Below, piece after piece: positions 1-58,964 of a DNA stretch of 64,000 nucleotides. The notes beneath the pieces were generated by a model. It saw only the letters and a program-made list of their open reading frames with translations, did no database searches and had not been told where the DNA came from. The DNA is taken from the NCBI GenBank assembly GCA_964016885.1, contig OZ024756.1, positions 42,346,001-42,410,000 of the forward strand. The letters are read 5' to 3'. Source of the stretch: Eledone cirrhosa (Eukaryota). The first letter of the stretch is position 1, and the number at the start of each line of letters is the position of its first letter. Made by a program: the position numbers and the translations under genes.

Positions 1-45701
<45,701 letters not shown>

Positions 45702-45839
45702 AATATGTACATTATGATTTTCAATAATTATTTATGGGGAAAAAACATTTTATTTCAAAATTACAATTTCTTAACATAAACAGATTTACATTTCAGAAAG
45801 TGTTGTAGTTTTCTTAAAGCATTGTGTAAAGTATGGAGA

Positions 45840-46150
45840 ATAGTGTTTAATTTAAAGACTACTATATTGTGAATTGGACAGTAAATGTGATAACAATGAC
45901 GTTGGGGTGTTACCCTATAGTTCTTTATATATTTCAGGATAAAATCCCTTCATCAACTTAATAGTGACAAAATAATATTCGGCTCTGCACTAGTTTCTTC
46001 TATTTACCTTTTGACAAAGGGATTTTATCCTGAAATATATAAGGATCTGTAAATAACTACAAGGTAACACCCCAACAATATTGTTATCATATCTTTAACA
46101 TTTACTGTCCGATCCACATTGTGGTAGCCTTTAAACGAAACTCTATTTTC
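45840..46150. mobile_element. Inverted-arm element with a degenerate hammerhead-like motif in each arm
   Basis: TTGATGAAGGGATTTTATCCTGAAATATATA on minus (45925-45955), a more mutated copy on plus (46010-46045); single-arm copies at 27547-27690 and 26665-26740. Confidence 0.6.
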
Positions 46151-47879
46151 TACATTTGTTTGAATTAGTCACAAATAGAGATGAAAGTAATATTATTTTC
46201 TTTTTTAACCCGTATTTAGTTCATTTAATTTAACTTATCAGACATAGCTGCATGGTTAAGAAGTTTGCTTTGCAACTATGAGGCTGAGGATTGAAGCCCG
46301 TCATGTGAAATCTTGAGCCTGTGTCATTTACTACAGCTTCCAGTAAAACTTGGTAGGCAGCTACTGTGTAGAAGTCCATCAGATGGACTGTATCTGTTAG
46401 TCAAAGGTCTTGCCCTGTCATGTCGTAAACTAGGGCAGGTTGAATTACCCCGAGAATTTCTGTTATTAGTACACACACGTCTATGGAATGCTAAGGCACT
46501 TACATGTTAATTTCACAAGCAAGCTGAACCATTGATCAAACAACTGGAACATTCATCGTTGAAATTGACGGAGGCCTATCTATCTTGCCTTAGAATGTTT
46601 CCTATGATGATGATGATTCCAGAATCGCAGTAGAAGTGGTTGACATTAATATAAACTTCCCTCAAGCATCAACGTACATACACATTCATATATACATGCA
46701 CACACACATTCATATACATATATTCACACACACATATATACATGCATATGCACACACACATACATATACACTCACACACACATACATCGGAGGTACTGAA
46801 ACTAGTTATGAACACAATCTCCTCCGCAGCCAGCGGGGTGTAGTGGGGTGGGGGGAATTGAAATTATAGCTAAACAAGAGTTAATTTCCTTAGAAATTAC
46901 TTTTCCAGCAGTTACTTCCCTTGAGACGGTATAGGGAGGGGTGGGGGAGATATAAGACTGCTAGAAATGGTAGCCAAATGTCCATCAAATCATACCATAG
47001 GTTGTTAAAAACACAAAGGACCACATGGAATAACATAATTTTAGATAAGCTACCTTAAATAATGGTTTCTGATTTAGGCACAAGGCCAACAATTTCAGGG
47101 GAGGGGAAAGTCGATTAAATCGACCCCAGTACATTACTGGTAATTTATTTTATTGACCCCGGTAAGGATGAAAGCAAAGTTAACCTCAGCGGGATTTGAA
47201 CACAGGCCGTAACTCTATGCCCAAAGCATGTTGTCCGACGCTCTATTGATCTGTTATTCCACCTGAAATAATGACAAAATGGTGAAAGCTGGAATACTTT
47301 TGCCTGAATCTATATCTCTTTTGTGTATCAGTTATTTTGTTGTTATTTCCTGTTCTTGGATAGCAAAGACATATTATTCAAAGTGAGAGCCAATATGCCA
47401 GTTGTTGGTCCAAGATAGACTTCTTTGTTTATCTATATTACTCTCACCTTGAAGCTTTCTGGCAACATATCCATGCATGAATTGTTTGTTTGTATGATAA
47501 TAATTGTGTACAGTGCTCAGGTGCACTACAACTCATCAAAGGTGTATATATAGTACATAGAATAATGTATAAATGTCAGGAAAGGGAACTGTATGTTTGT
47601 ATGAATGTGTGTTGATTTTTGCCTGGACATTATGTTAATGGTACACTTGTCTGTGGAATACTCAGCCGCTTACACTGACAAGCTTCTACACAGTTAAAAT
47701 AATGTGTAAGTGACTGTGTGTTCCACATATACGAGGGTCAATTGAAAGGTTCATAGGCTGAAAGGTTCATAGGCATACTCTCATGGAATGATCAAATGAG
47801 GTCTATTTTTTCAACATATTGCCCGGAAAGTAACAATTCAGTTATTGATAAGAATGATTAAAAGTTGAACACAGTTTGA

Positions 47880-48575
47880 ATTACTATATATATTTATGTA
47901 TAAATTTAAATTACTATATATATATAAGTTTAAATTACTGTATATATATATATATTTACATACAAGTTTAAATTACTGTATATATATATATATATTTATA
48001 TACAAGTTTAAATTAATCTATATCATCATTACTGTTTTGCGTAAATTTTTCCACGCTACCATTTAAAAGTTTAAATTGCTATATAAAGTTTAAATTACTA
48101 TATATATAAGATGCTTCCATAGGCGGTATGCCGGTTGAGCACTCTATGCTCTTACAGAGCAGAGCATGATATAATATGAAACGAAAAGTCAGTGATGCAT
48201 CTGAACTCAATTTATTGTGTGTTACAATTGTTTCGCCAGCGGACAGCTTGAGACGCGATCATGGTGTGGATCTGTCTGATTCTGGACCCGCAGGTTCGAC
48301 GGACGCATCTAATGATTTTGGAGCAAATATATATATATATATATATATTTATATAGAAGTTTAAATTAGTGTATATATTTATATATAAGTTTAAATTATT
48401 ATATATATATTTATGTATAAGTTTAAATTACTATATATATTTATATATTTATATATGAGTTTAAATTACTATATATATATATGTGTAAGTTTAAATTACT
48501 TTATATATTTATGTAAACGTTTAAATTAGTGTATATATTTATATATAAGTTTAAATAAGTGTATATATTTATACC
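47880..48575. repeat. AT-rich minisatellite AAGTTTAAATTACTATATAT...
   Basis: Visible directly; interrupted by a unique segment at 48110-48325. Confidence 0.8.
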
Positions 48576-48950
48576 TACACTAATAAGTATATATTTATAT
48601 AGAATTATAAAAATCTGAAAAATTAATATGTGGGAGAGGTATAATTATTTGAGACCCGAGATTTGTTAGTTTTTACAACCAACAGACATAATTAATTACA
48701 TTTTGACATTTTTCTGACTATATTTCTATATCTTACATTCTATATCTATTAATATAAAAGTTTGAGAGACTTACTAAAATTATTGATTATTTCATGAATG
48801 ATATATAGATTTTATAAAAAATTATACTGGAAGATTTTAATTTATAAAGGAACCAGAGCCAGTTTTGACCAGGTTCGTATCAAAACAGTTTATAAAATAC
48901 ATAATATACAAAAAGTAAATTAATCTAAAACCATTCTTCTCTATCTTCTA

Positions 48951-51900
48951 CTAAAAACTTAGTTTTGATGAGCAATCTCTAAAAGTTTTATCAGGCATAA
49001 CATTTTTGGAGAGAATGTTTGTGGCTAATTCCAATGGTTGAACTTGTAGTTGATTGTTTATACAGTGAAGAATATCAAAAGATTTTAGTAAATCAATTGC
49101 TTCTTTGGAATCAAATTCTATTTTGTCACCAGTTACAGATAAAAGCCAGTTTTCTATTTCTTCCTCCAATAATTTAATGGCTATTACATCTGGAATAAAC
49201 AAAAATGTAAGTATATTTATTCATAAAACACATCAGACAATTAATATATCATATCAGACAATTAATATATCACATCAGAAAATTAATATATCATGTCAGA
49301 CAATTAATATAACATGTCAAACAATTAATATAACATGTCAGACAATTGATATAACATGTCAGACAATTGATATAACATGTCAGACAATTGATAATACAGC
49401 TAAAGAATACTAGAGAATATATTGATATATAAATATCATCTACTACTACCACCACCACAACAACTACTACTATTACTGCAACAAGGGTCACAGCACCTGC
49501 ACTTCATAATCAAATATTTACATTTTTCTATATGAATGAGATGAGACCAGTTGAAAGAGTAAAAGAATATCGTTACTGGATTCTAGGGGAGTGCTCCAGC
49601 ATGACCACAGACCAATGAAATGAAACATAGAAAGAGTTAAACAATATATACACAGTCTTACCTGATTGTAAATTCAATGTCTGTTTCCTCTGTTTAGCAA
49701 GTAGAAATGTGTAAATTAACATTGCCTCTTTGAAACTTTCGTCCTCAGCTCTGTCGACTAGAAGAGTTAAGAGGCTGCGATTATTGGCCAGGTTTTTATA
49801 ATACAGCATCTGTGACAGCTTCACTAGATAAGAATTCTTTCTGTTCTTGTACACTGTCCATATCCGTATCGCTATCAAGGATATTATCAAAGCAGACATG
49901 ATGGACCACTGAAAGTTCAACTCTACTAAGGCTGTTAGGGTTTTGGCAACTATACCAGTGAGAGCAATACTAAGGGAAGCAGTAATAATTCCTTTGTCCA
50001 AATGATTTAGTTTTACTCTGCCATCAGGAAGCAACATTTCAAGGGCATCTGTAGGGATGTCTTTAAAACCCTTTAACACAAGCTTCGTATCTCCCTTTAG
50101 ACGTAAAGCCACAATCAGCCTTCTATAGTAATACTCGGGGTCTGGAATAGCAGATTTTGGAAATATTTCACGCATTCTGATATACCATTTCTTTTGAGTT
50201 AACTGAGCATTTCGACCAAGTGCCCAGAAATGAAGGACCTCATATTTACAGGGATCAACCTGAATCTGGAAGAGAAGAGAAACAAATGAAAATATTTCTG
50301 TGAATCTTTAAAGAAATTATATTCTCTAATGTGAATATATATAAGAGGGATAAGTTGTAGTGTGCGGGAGAGAAGACTGAGATGGTATGGACATATGATG
50401 CACATGTAGGATGACCGCTGGGTAAAGAAGTGCCAAGAAATCCCAGTTGAAGGAAGACGCAGTAGAGGAAGACCACGAAAAACATGGGCGGAGGTGGTGA
50501 GAGCAGACCTCAGATTGCTGAAGCTCAGGGTGGAGATGACTAAGGACCGTGACAAGTGGAGAGATGCTGTGCTGAATAGGACCCGTCCCACCCTTGCAAG
50601 CAGGGAAAAGCGGACGTAAAATGATGATGATGATATATATATACACATATTCGTATATACATACACACACATATATATATATATATATACATACATGTGT
50701 TGCCTGAATGTGTGGTTGTAATCACTAAAGAAAGAGCCCTCAGTATGTAATCATAGAGGTAAGTATACTATATTATATATATACATACATAGATACACAC
50801 ACAATAGTCAGTCACACACACGGAATATAATCAGACATATCTAACCCTTATTCCTCCTTTAATCCGACTCTCCATTAAGGATTTCTGCACCAAATTCTCA
50901 GAAAGTTTGTGGAAGTTAGCTTTCTTTAGAAGTGTGTCTAAATGTTGGATAACTTGCAGCTCTTTCTCAAGTCTTTCTTCTTCGGTTAAATTCCTCGTCT
51001 GAATTGTGTCTTTGTCAGGATTTATTGGATCAAAAAGCCTCTGAAACAAACATGAAATATTGCAGGGTTAACATGGTGCTCTCTATAGGAAGGAATCATA
51101 GTGCCAAGAGTAGAAACAATTATTATAAAGCATAGAACATCACGACATAACACCTTTAACCTACTTTAATATCTTGTAAAACACCTGTAATTATCTTAAT
51201 ATCTTGTAAAACAACTTTAATTAACCTAATGTCATATAAACACCTGTAATTACCTTAATATCTTGTAAAATACCTGTAATTACCTTAATATCTTGTAAAA
51301 CACCTTGATATTTCGTGACAATGATGTTATCAAGGACCAGAGAAAACTGCTGAAAGTCCTTGTGAGTGTCATCTTGCAGTAGGTTGTCACTGTTTATCAG
51401 ATGTTGTATGACAGAATAGCGCGTGATTGGGATGTAATGTTCCCTGAAAAAGTAAAATAGTGTTTATTATTCTCATCATCCTGTCTCCTCATCATTATCA
51501 TCACTGTTTTAATGTCTATATTCCATGCTTACTTGGTTAGAATGGCTGTCACATACTGCGGCCAAACTGGTCATTGAAGGACTGCCACATAACTGTGGCC
51601 AAACTGGAAGGGCAGGTCATGACTCCCTGGTGCCCTTCTGCTGACATTCAGCCATTTGGATATCAGAGACATTGTGTATTTAACCCTTTCATGACCACTT
51701 CTAATGAAATACACTGTATTTTAATTAATTAATGAAGAATTTTGAGGAATTTGCTAAAATTATTAATTATTTCATTACTAAGATAGTAAATTAATGTAAG
51801 GTTCTTATATAAAATTATGTTGGAAGATTTTAGTTTAAATTAGAAACCTTTAAAATGGTTGGTTTTATTTTATAGAACCAGAACTGGTTTTGACCGGGTT

Positions 51901-54417
51901 GATAACTATAGGGTTAAACTGTATGGAGATTTTGTTGACGGGATCTACGGTGAAAAAAAAACAACAAATAATAATGAAGTAAGATAAAAATAAATACCTG
52001 TAGCTTTCAGATGAAGATTTAATATTTGTGCAAAAGTGTCGTGTAGTGTAAAAAGTAGGCCGTGAGAAATTTGTTGAGCAAAAGTTTCTTGGTGTACAGC
52101 AACTTGAGATATATATTGGTTCACAGAAAACATGGGCACCATTCAGGAAGCTGACATTATTTGCCTTTAAAAAACAATACAAATAATATATATATGTCTA
52201 TGTTAAAGTTTTAGGAAGACTTTCATATTTTGAAATTGGTTAGTAAACACTTAAAACCCATTTTTATTAAATGTATGTATGTATGGAACCGTAACTCTTG
52301 GTGGAGTCGTAGAGGCATAGTGGTTTCAGATTTCGGCAAAAGGCCAGCAATTTTGGGGAGGGGAAAGTTGATTAAATGGACTCCAGTCACATTACTGGTA
52401 CTTTATTCTATTGACCCTACAAGGATGAAAAGCAAAGCTAACCTCAGTGGGATTTGAACTCAGAACGTAAAGTGCCGTAACTCTCTGCCGCGAAGCAGGG
52501 TCCCCGACGCTCTACCGATACTGCCAATCCACCACCGTAGTCAGTTACAAATAATGAAAATTGGAACTATTAACTACTGTTAACATGTAACTCAGAACAA
52601 ATAGAATCTAACACATGGGGGGGGGGGGGTCGCTGGTAACTAAACTGGCAACCCCCCCACCAAGGTTATTTGGTGAGGGAGGGGTCGTTAGTAACTAAAC
52701 TGGTAAGCCCCCCCACCAAGGTTATTTGGTGAGGGAGGGGTCGTTGATAACTAAACTAGCAACTCCTCACCAAGTAACCTTGGTGAGGTGGGAAGGTGAT
52801 TTTTGAACACCATGCAGGATGAAAAACAAAATCCATCAACAGGTGGAGCAATCAGGAGAGTGAACAACTATCCAATAGAGGTAGACAGGTAAACAGTTCG
52901 TTAGCCTTGGTTGACTGTCTAGGAGAACAGTGGCTGTTATGGGACTCCTTACTCACCTTGGTAACAACCTTTCAAGTGACTTCATCCTTGTGATGAAGGG
53001 AGATGTGATGTGGCTTGGTAGCCAGCTTCCAAATAATGGTCAGACGATAATCCAGGATCAACTGACGTCTCATGGACAAACAGGAAGAGGAGGGTAGAGT
53101 TCATAAAATAAAGTATTTCCTAGTTTATAGAGAGTAAATAAATATATATTTGATTGGTTTCTATTAATTTAATTCATTAAGAAAAATTACATGCCGCATG
53201 GCCTCAGTCAGATGGCTGGAAGAGGTAAAAGAATCAACAAATTAATTACACCCCCCCCCCCCCAAAAAAAAAACCCCGAAACATTCCAAATCACAACAAA
53301 TCGTAAAGGAAATGAAAACAAAACAAACTATTTCTCAATTTCCCGTCCATCAAAATATTCTACAATTTTATTTTACGAGGGTTGATTGAAAAGTTCGTAG
53401 TTTGACTATGAAGGAGTGATGCTAGAGCTGTGAAATCTTGCATGCATAAATTTCAACCGTGTGCACATGCCAGCGTGTCTGTACGTGCGCGTTTGTGTGT
53501 ATAAGCATGTGTGTGTGTGTTGGATCACCGTCAGTTGCGACGACGTGTGTTCCAGTTCACCCGATCAACGGAGCAAACAGTCTAATCAAGAAATTACTGT
53601 GCAAGTGGCTGAGTATTCCACAGACACGTGTATCCTTAATGTAATTTTGGGACGAGAGTCAGAGTAGCACAGTCATTGAACCTACGACCTTCAGCTCCAA
53701 AGTCGAACATCATAACCACTAAAATATATCTCAGAAGAATGTGTGTGTGTGTTACTAACGATAAGGCGGCGAATTAGCAAAGTCGTTAGAACGTCAGATA
53801 GAATACTTTGTGGTATTTATTCCGAGCCACAGACTCTCTCTATATCGTACACACAGACATCGATACATACACACAGTTCGTTCGATCAATAATGATCATG
53901 GGATTTACACCTAGAAATGTCCCTTCCGGGAACAAGTCCGGACAAGACCAACAGTCGCCAATGCATACCAGTCTCCCCCCACTCCACGCCACCGATGTTG
54001 TCCGAGGAAAAAGCTATGGCTGATACAGCTTGGCACCAGTGACAGCTGAGTAAACTGGAGCAATGTGAAATAAAGTTGACTTTGCCTTTCATCCTTACGG
54101 GGTCGATAAAATAAAGTACCAGTGATGCACTGGGTAATTGCTGGCCTTGTGCCTAAAGTAGAAACAATTAATGAATTATTGAAATCGGGAATCTGTATAA
54201 AATTACTGCTTCGATTCGTCGTAATTTTCAGTCAATCAACACAACCTATTTAATAAGAAAAAGAAGAAAAAAAATCACCTATGATACATACCGACACAAG
54301 ATATCGATTTTGACATAACCTTTGATGTTGATTTGAGCAATAGTGAGGAATCCGAGCAAGAGAAAATATCCAATACCTCGTTCTGTTTTGGGACAAATGC
54401 ACTACACACCTCGCCAT
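48951..54417 (-). CDS. TMEM143: Transmembrane protein 143 (DUF3754 family), ~496 aa, 6 coding exons
   Basis: Exons (minus strand): 54417-54292, 52164-51998, 51443-51284, 51040-50846, 50265-49662, 49189-48951; total 1491 nt in frame. Translation includes REHYIPIT, RLFDPINPDKDT, LKKANF, FWALG, LVLKGFKDIPTDALEMLLP, two hydrophobic helices, MLYYKNLANN, RAEDESFKEA. The N-terminus MARCVVHLSQNRTRYWIFSLARIPH is Arg-rich and acid-free (mitochondrial presequence-like). Exon 1 is the least certain. Confidence 0.85.
49231..49392. repeat. 21-bp tandem repeat, ~8 copies, in the last TMEM143 intron
   Basis: Unit CAGACAATTRATATAACATGT. Confidence 0.85.
51150..51304 (-). repeat. 30-bp tandem array (~5 copies) duplicating the TMEM143 exon-3 end and donor
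   Basis: Minus-strand unit TTTTACAAGATATTAAG|GTAATTACAGGTR. Confidence 0.85.
51680..51917. mobile_element. Second piggyBac-like MITE family (TTAA-CCCT...AGGG-TTAA)
   Basis: TTAA at both ends; homologous to the interrupted copy at ~18760-19406. Confidence 0.7.
52615..52790. repeat. ~58-bp G/C-run tandem repeat, 3 copies
   Basis: GGGGTCGTTAGTAACTAAACTGG...CCCCCACCAAGGTTATTTGGTGAGGGA. Confidence 0.75.
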
Positions 54418-54679
54418 GACGAAATTTCATTTTTCTCTTTATCAAGGGAGACCACTCTCGAACACTAAACATTTGAATGAAAACTTTGAATTTAGTAAGA
54501 AAGGAAGATGTGTTTTGTATATTTGTTTCTCGTGTTGTCTCTTCATATAAACATTGTTACAATTTAAGTTTTCAGTATTTTTCATCTATCTAATATCTTC
54601 GTTCTTAAATAACGAGAAATAGCTCGTAGACAGGCACATATTCTTCATTGACCATACTTAAATATGGAATGATACGCGA

Positions 54680-55880
54680 TACCTCCCCCCCCCAGCCCCG
54701 GCGGACAGGATGGAGAAGGCGTTTCCCCGGAGGACGGCAAGGGAGACGCGCTGGAAAAGCCACTCCAACTCGCGGGGATCACACCTGCGGCTGGCCAGCT
54801 CAGCGCCTATGGTGGTGAGTAGGGAGGTAGCCCTAGGGCCGAAGACAGCAGAAGTCTCCACTGCCCAAGGGTACAACCGCAAACCTGTCGGAGAGCCACC
54901 GGTATTTGAAGAGTTTGGCCTCCTGAGCCCGACGTGCAGCAGAACCTGGGTTAGTCGCAGACTGCACCAGGTTGCGGCTGCAGAAAGTGTCGGGGGCAAG
55001 TGGCATCCCAGACGAGGGGTTTGTCACCGCGGAACGGGAAGATGGTCATGCCATCTGGCTTTTTGCCGTCCCCTCGGTCCAGCCCCACCGGCTCGAGCTG
55101 GGAAGGGAAGCCTGCAGCGTCCAAGCCATGCTTTATGACCTCGTTGAGGGCAGCATGGCGTGGAAGGCGGCCGGCGCTGTGGCGACAGGAAAGCGGGTGG
55201 AGGCTGAAAGAGTGCACGGTGGATCCGCAGCGACATTGGTGTGGCTCGCAGATCCGGAGGCCGAGCCTCAAGGAAACGCTGATGCGCAGGCTATTGTGGT
55301 CTAGCTGCGTGCCAGTGGAGAAGGAGGGCAGGGCATGGAGCCAGGCACCACTGTGGGGTTTGGAGGCCGCACGAAAACAAGCAAGGCGGTGCTGGTCGAG
55401 CTGGCGCGTGAGCCTGTCTGACTGGATGGCATCCCAAGTGCTTTGGGGGGGACTTCACGTCAACAGGGTGAGAAGGAGGAGGGACGTCTACTGGGCTAAG
55501 TCCCAGCCGTTCCCACGTCTAACAGGCGGCCTCACGTTCTCTAAACACAGAGGGTTCTATTGTGTTTGGAAGAACCCTGCTGACGAGGATGCGGTAAGAG
55601 GTTACCGACGAAAGATATGCCAGCAAAGCCAGTGAGATCGGCGACCGGAGGCCAAGGCCACCATACCTGACAGGTAAAGCGGCCTGCTGCCATCCAATGT
55701 CGTCAAACTTGACATTGCATATCTCCTCGGCTGCTGCTCGGATACAAGTCTCAGCGGGAAGAGATGTGTGGGTGTAGCACGGAGCGCTGCGAAGGGTGTA
55801 GAGAAGCTTCGGCATGGCGAAGCAGTTCCTCAACAGAAAGAGAGCTGGGTGGCCGTCGATCAGGCCCAGTCGGCTCGTGA
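54680..55880 (-). mobile_element. CRE-clade non-LTR retrotransposon fragment (RT C-terminus, CCHC knuckle, restriction-like endonuclease), frameshifted
   Basis: PKLLYTLR, LPVRYGGLGLRS, CRCG..H.LSC, RHAALNEVI, KPDG..F...LVWDATC, ETSAVFG, FQRVSLAVLRGNA; smaller relics at 23030-23200 and 63400-63570. Confidence 0.8.
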
Positions 55881-56588
55881 GAGTCTGGAGTTGTTGAAGA
55901 AATAGATACTGTGTTTACTGCTACAACTACTACTAACACCACCACCACCACCACCATTACTACTGCCACCACCACTACTATTACTAACTACCACCACCAC
56001 TACTACCACACTGTAACTTAGAGACAAGTTAGGTTGTCTAAGAATAGCAATTTGGCATTTTACCAATGATTGTTTGCAGTTATGTCAACATTTGGCTTAA
56101 GAAGCAGTGGTAAAATGTGATTCCCAACGTTTCTACTATAGGCATAGTATAGGCATAACGCCAGCAATTTGGGGAGTGTGTGTGTGTGGGGGGGGATGAT
56201 TAAACCGATCCTAGTGTATTACTGGTACTTTATCTTATCGACCCCCGTAAGGATAAAGCTAACCTAAGCTAGGTAGGATTTTAATTCAATACGTCAAGGG
56301 ACGTAACTCTACACTCTACCAATTAGTGCAAATAACCATAACCTGGTACTCATTTTCAGCTGTGTATACTGGAGCAACGTGAAATGAAGTATTTCGCTCA
56401 AGAGCACAACACAGAGCCCAGCCCAAGAATCGAACCCACGATCGCTAGTCTAACACCCTTACCACTAGGCTATGCGCCTTATTCACTTTTTAGATATAAA
56501 ATAAACGTATCTCAATAATTTTCAAAATTATGGTCATTTGGAATACGAAACTAAAGTTATATTAAACCGGAAGATAAAGAAATGTACA

Positions 56589-56608
56589 AAAGTTTCCCGC
56601 GAAACTTT
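56589..56608. promoter_or_regulatory. Overlapping inverted E2F sites (TTTCCCGC / TTTCGCGG) in a palindrome upstream of GINS2
   Basis: AAAGTTTCCCGCGAAACTTT lies ~20 nt upstream of the ATG; E2F control of replication genes is established. Confidence 0.65.
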
Positions 56609-56624
56609 AATCAACAACAACAAC

Positions 56625-58597
56625 ATGTCTCCAGCAGAAATAGAATTTCTTGCAGAGAAAGAACTTATTTCGTTTGAACCTAATTTTACATATCCTAATA
56701 TTTATCTCATCCAAGTAAGTCTGTTGTAGTTGTTGAAGGATTTTCTTTGTTTTTCTCGGGATTTTGCAGACTTTGTTGACATGACAAACGGGCGTGAAAC
56801 TGTCTCTCTTCGTCTCTCTCTCTCTTTCTGCCTGTGTCTTTCTCTCTCGTTTTCTCCGCCTGTGTCTTTGTTCGTCTCTCTCTCTCTTTCTACCTGTGTC
56901 TTTCTCTCTCGTTTTCTCCGCCTGTGTCTTTGTTCTTCTCTCTTTTTCTCTGCCTCTCTCTCTCTCTTTTTCTCCGCCTGTGTCTTTTCGCTCTCTCTTT
57001 TCCTCTGCCCCCTCCACCTCTCTTTTCTCTGCCGGTGTCTCTCTTTTTCTCAGCCCCCCTCCCCCCTCTACATGTGTGTCTCTCTCTTTCTCGTTCTGTC
57101 GGTGTCTGTCTCTCTCTTTTTCTACGCCCACATCTTTGCTCCGCCCCTCCCTATGTCTTTCTCTAAACTTATGGTCAGTTTTTGGTCCCAGCGGACAACG
57201 GTGAAAACGTTGTCCCGGGGAATATAGTGAAGGAGACTGGGTGGTCAACTCCCTCCTGATAGGGAGGAGGTGGGGTGATCTAGACAACCAGAAGTCTCCA
57301 CTGCTAACGTTTTTAACGACAGACAAACTTATCGGAAAGTAATCGATACTTTGATACCTCAACAACTTCTCGGACAGTTAGACGTGGATATGTGACCGAA
57401 TGCAGCAAGTTTCCTCTGGAGAACCTATCATTGTATGTTATGTATCCATTGTTGTTAATTCTTCAAAACTACGCTTTGAAGAATTAATAAACTCCCATCT
57501 CCTAAATCACTGCCATAACTACACAACTATAGTTATATATATCATACTATCTATACATACATCTCACGACTCTATACGAAGTCACAGATATATATGTGGA
57601 AACCATTCACGATGTGACTCAACGAAGAATTAATAAATCAAATAATCAGAGCAATATATCAAAAGTATGTACATAGAATCAATTGATAAAATATATACAC
57701 CATTTCCTCTCCCAATTAGGGCGATATCCAATTTTAGTGGACTAAATGCTGCTTACGTGCTGTAGTTGCTGCTTACTTCAATGTATGAGGCTATTCCAAC
57801 AAATTTACATTCCCTTTTTTTAGCCGTTAAAAGAAATATAGATTTATTTATTGTTTTTTTTTGCGATTTATTTGCCACTGGGGCATAGATTTCTTTATTT
57901 GCCACGTTTTTGTTTGTTTGTTTGTTTTTTTGCGATTTATTATATAAAAAATTAAGTCCTCAATAGAGAGGCAGCCTTTTGGGGTCACACACCCCCGTAG
58001 AAAGTGTGCGACCTTTCTGCCAGGGAGCACAGAGAGAGGGCGGTGCTCCCTTCTTCTCTCACCTGTACAAGCCGATATAGAGAGATGGCCCACTTACACA
58101 GGCCATTATTGCTACTTTCGCTACCCGCCTAATGCTCTAGTGGCAAATAAATCGCAAAAAAACAAACAAACAAACAAAAACGTGGCAAATAAAGAAATCT
58201 ATGCCCCAGTGGCAAATAAATCGCAAAAAAAAAAACAATAAATAAATCTATATTTCTTTTAACGGCTAAAAAAAGGGGAATGTAAATTTGTTGGAATAGC
58301 CTCATTCATTGAAGTAAGCAGCAACTACAGCACGTAAGCAGCATTTAGTCCACTAAAATTGGATATCGTCCCAATTAGCATAATTAACCACATAAAAAAT
58401 CAATTAGACCAGACTATAAGAATAAAGGCTCCTATGAAGAAATATTTGATAAATAAACGACAGCAGCCTCTTCGCGGCCGACCGCAATAGAATAGCCTGG
58501 TCTAATTTATTTTTTATTTTTTTTATGTGGTTAATTATGCTAATTGGGAGAGGAAATGGTGTATATATTTTATCAATTGATTCTATGGACATACTTT

Positions 58598-58653
<56 letters not shown>

Positions 58654-58930
58654 AACACTTTGTACTGCACTCTTCGCTTTGTTTTTGTTTCTGTTTTAAC
58701 TATAATATATATATATATATATGCAGACCTGTCAACTCTCACCGTCGGACGTGGGTGGGATATGTCTTTTCTTGGAAAAGGGTATAGTTTTCATTATATA
58801 AAATGTCCCTATTTTGCCTCATTTCTCCCCGTTTTGGGGGGCACTTTTTTTCATGGTACTCCCTGTTTTGGTTTTTAGAAGTTGGCAGGTCTGATATATA
58901 CATATATATATACAGACACGCACACACACG

Positions 58931-58964
<34 letters not shown>

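Noticed and set aside
52972-52974. In-frame TGA as selenocysteine
   Set aside because: A complete ORF is obtained without this segment; no SECIS recognised
54275-54472. 65-aa ORF as TMEM143 first exon
   Set aside because: Wrong frame; the ATG at 54417 in another frame gives a phase-0 donor that joins exon 2
54710-55635. Plus-strand 110-211-aa ORFs
   Set aside because: Antisense shadows of the GC-rich CRE element
56607-57365. 252-aa charged minus-strand ORF
   Set aside because: Translation of the GA-rich low-complexity tract in GINS2 intron 1
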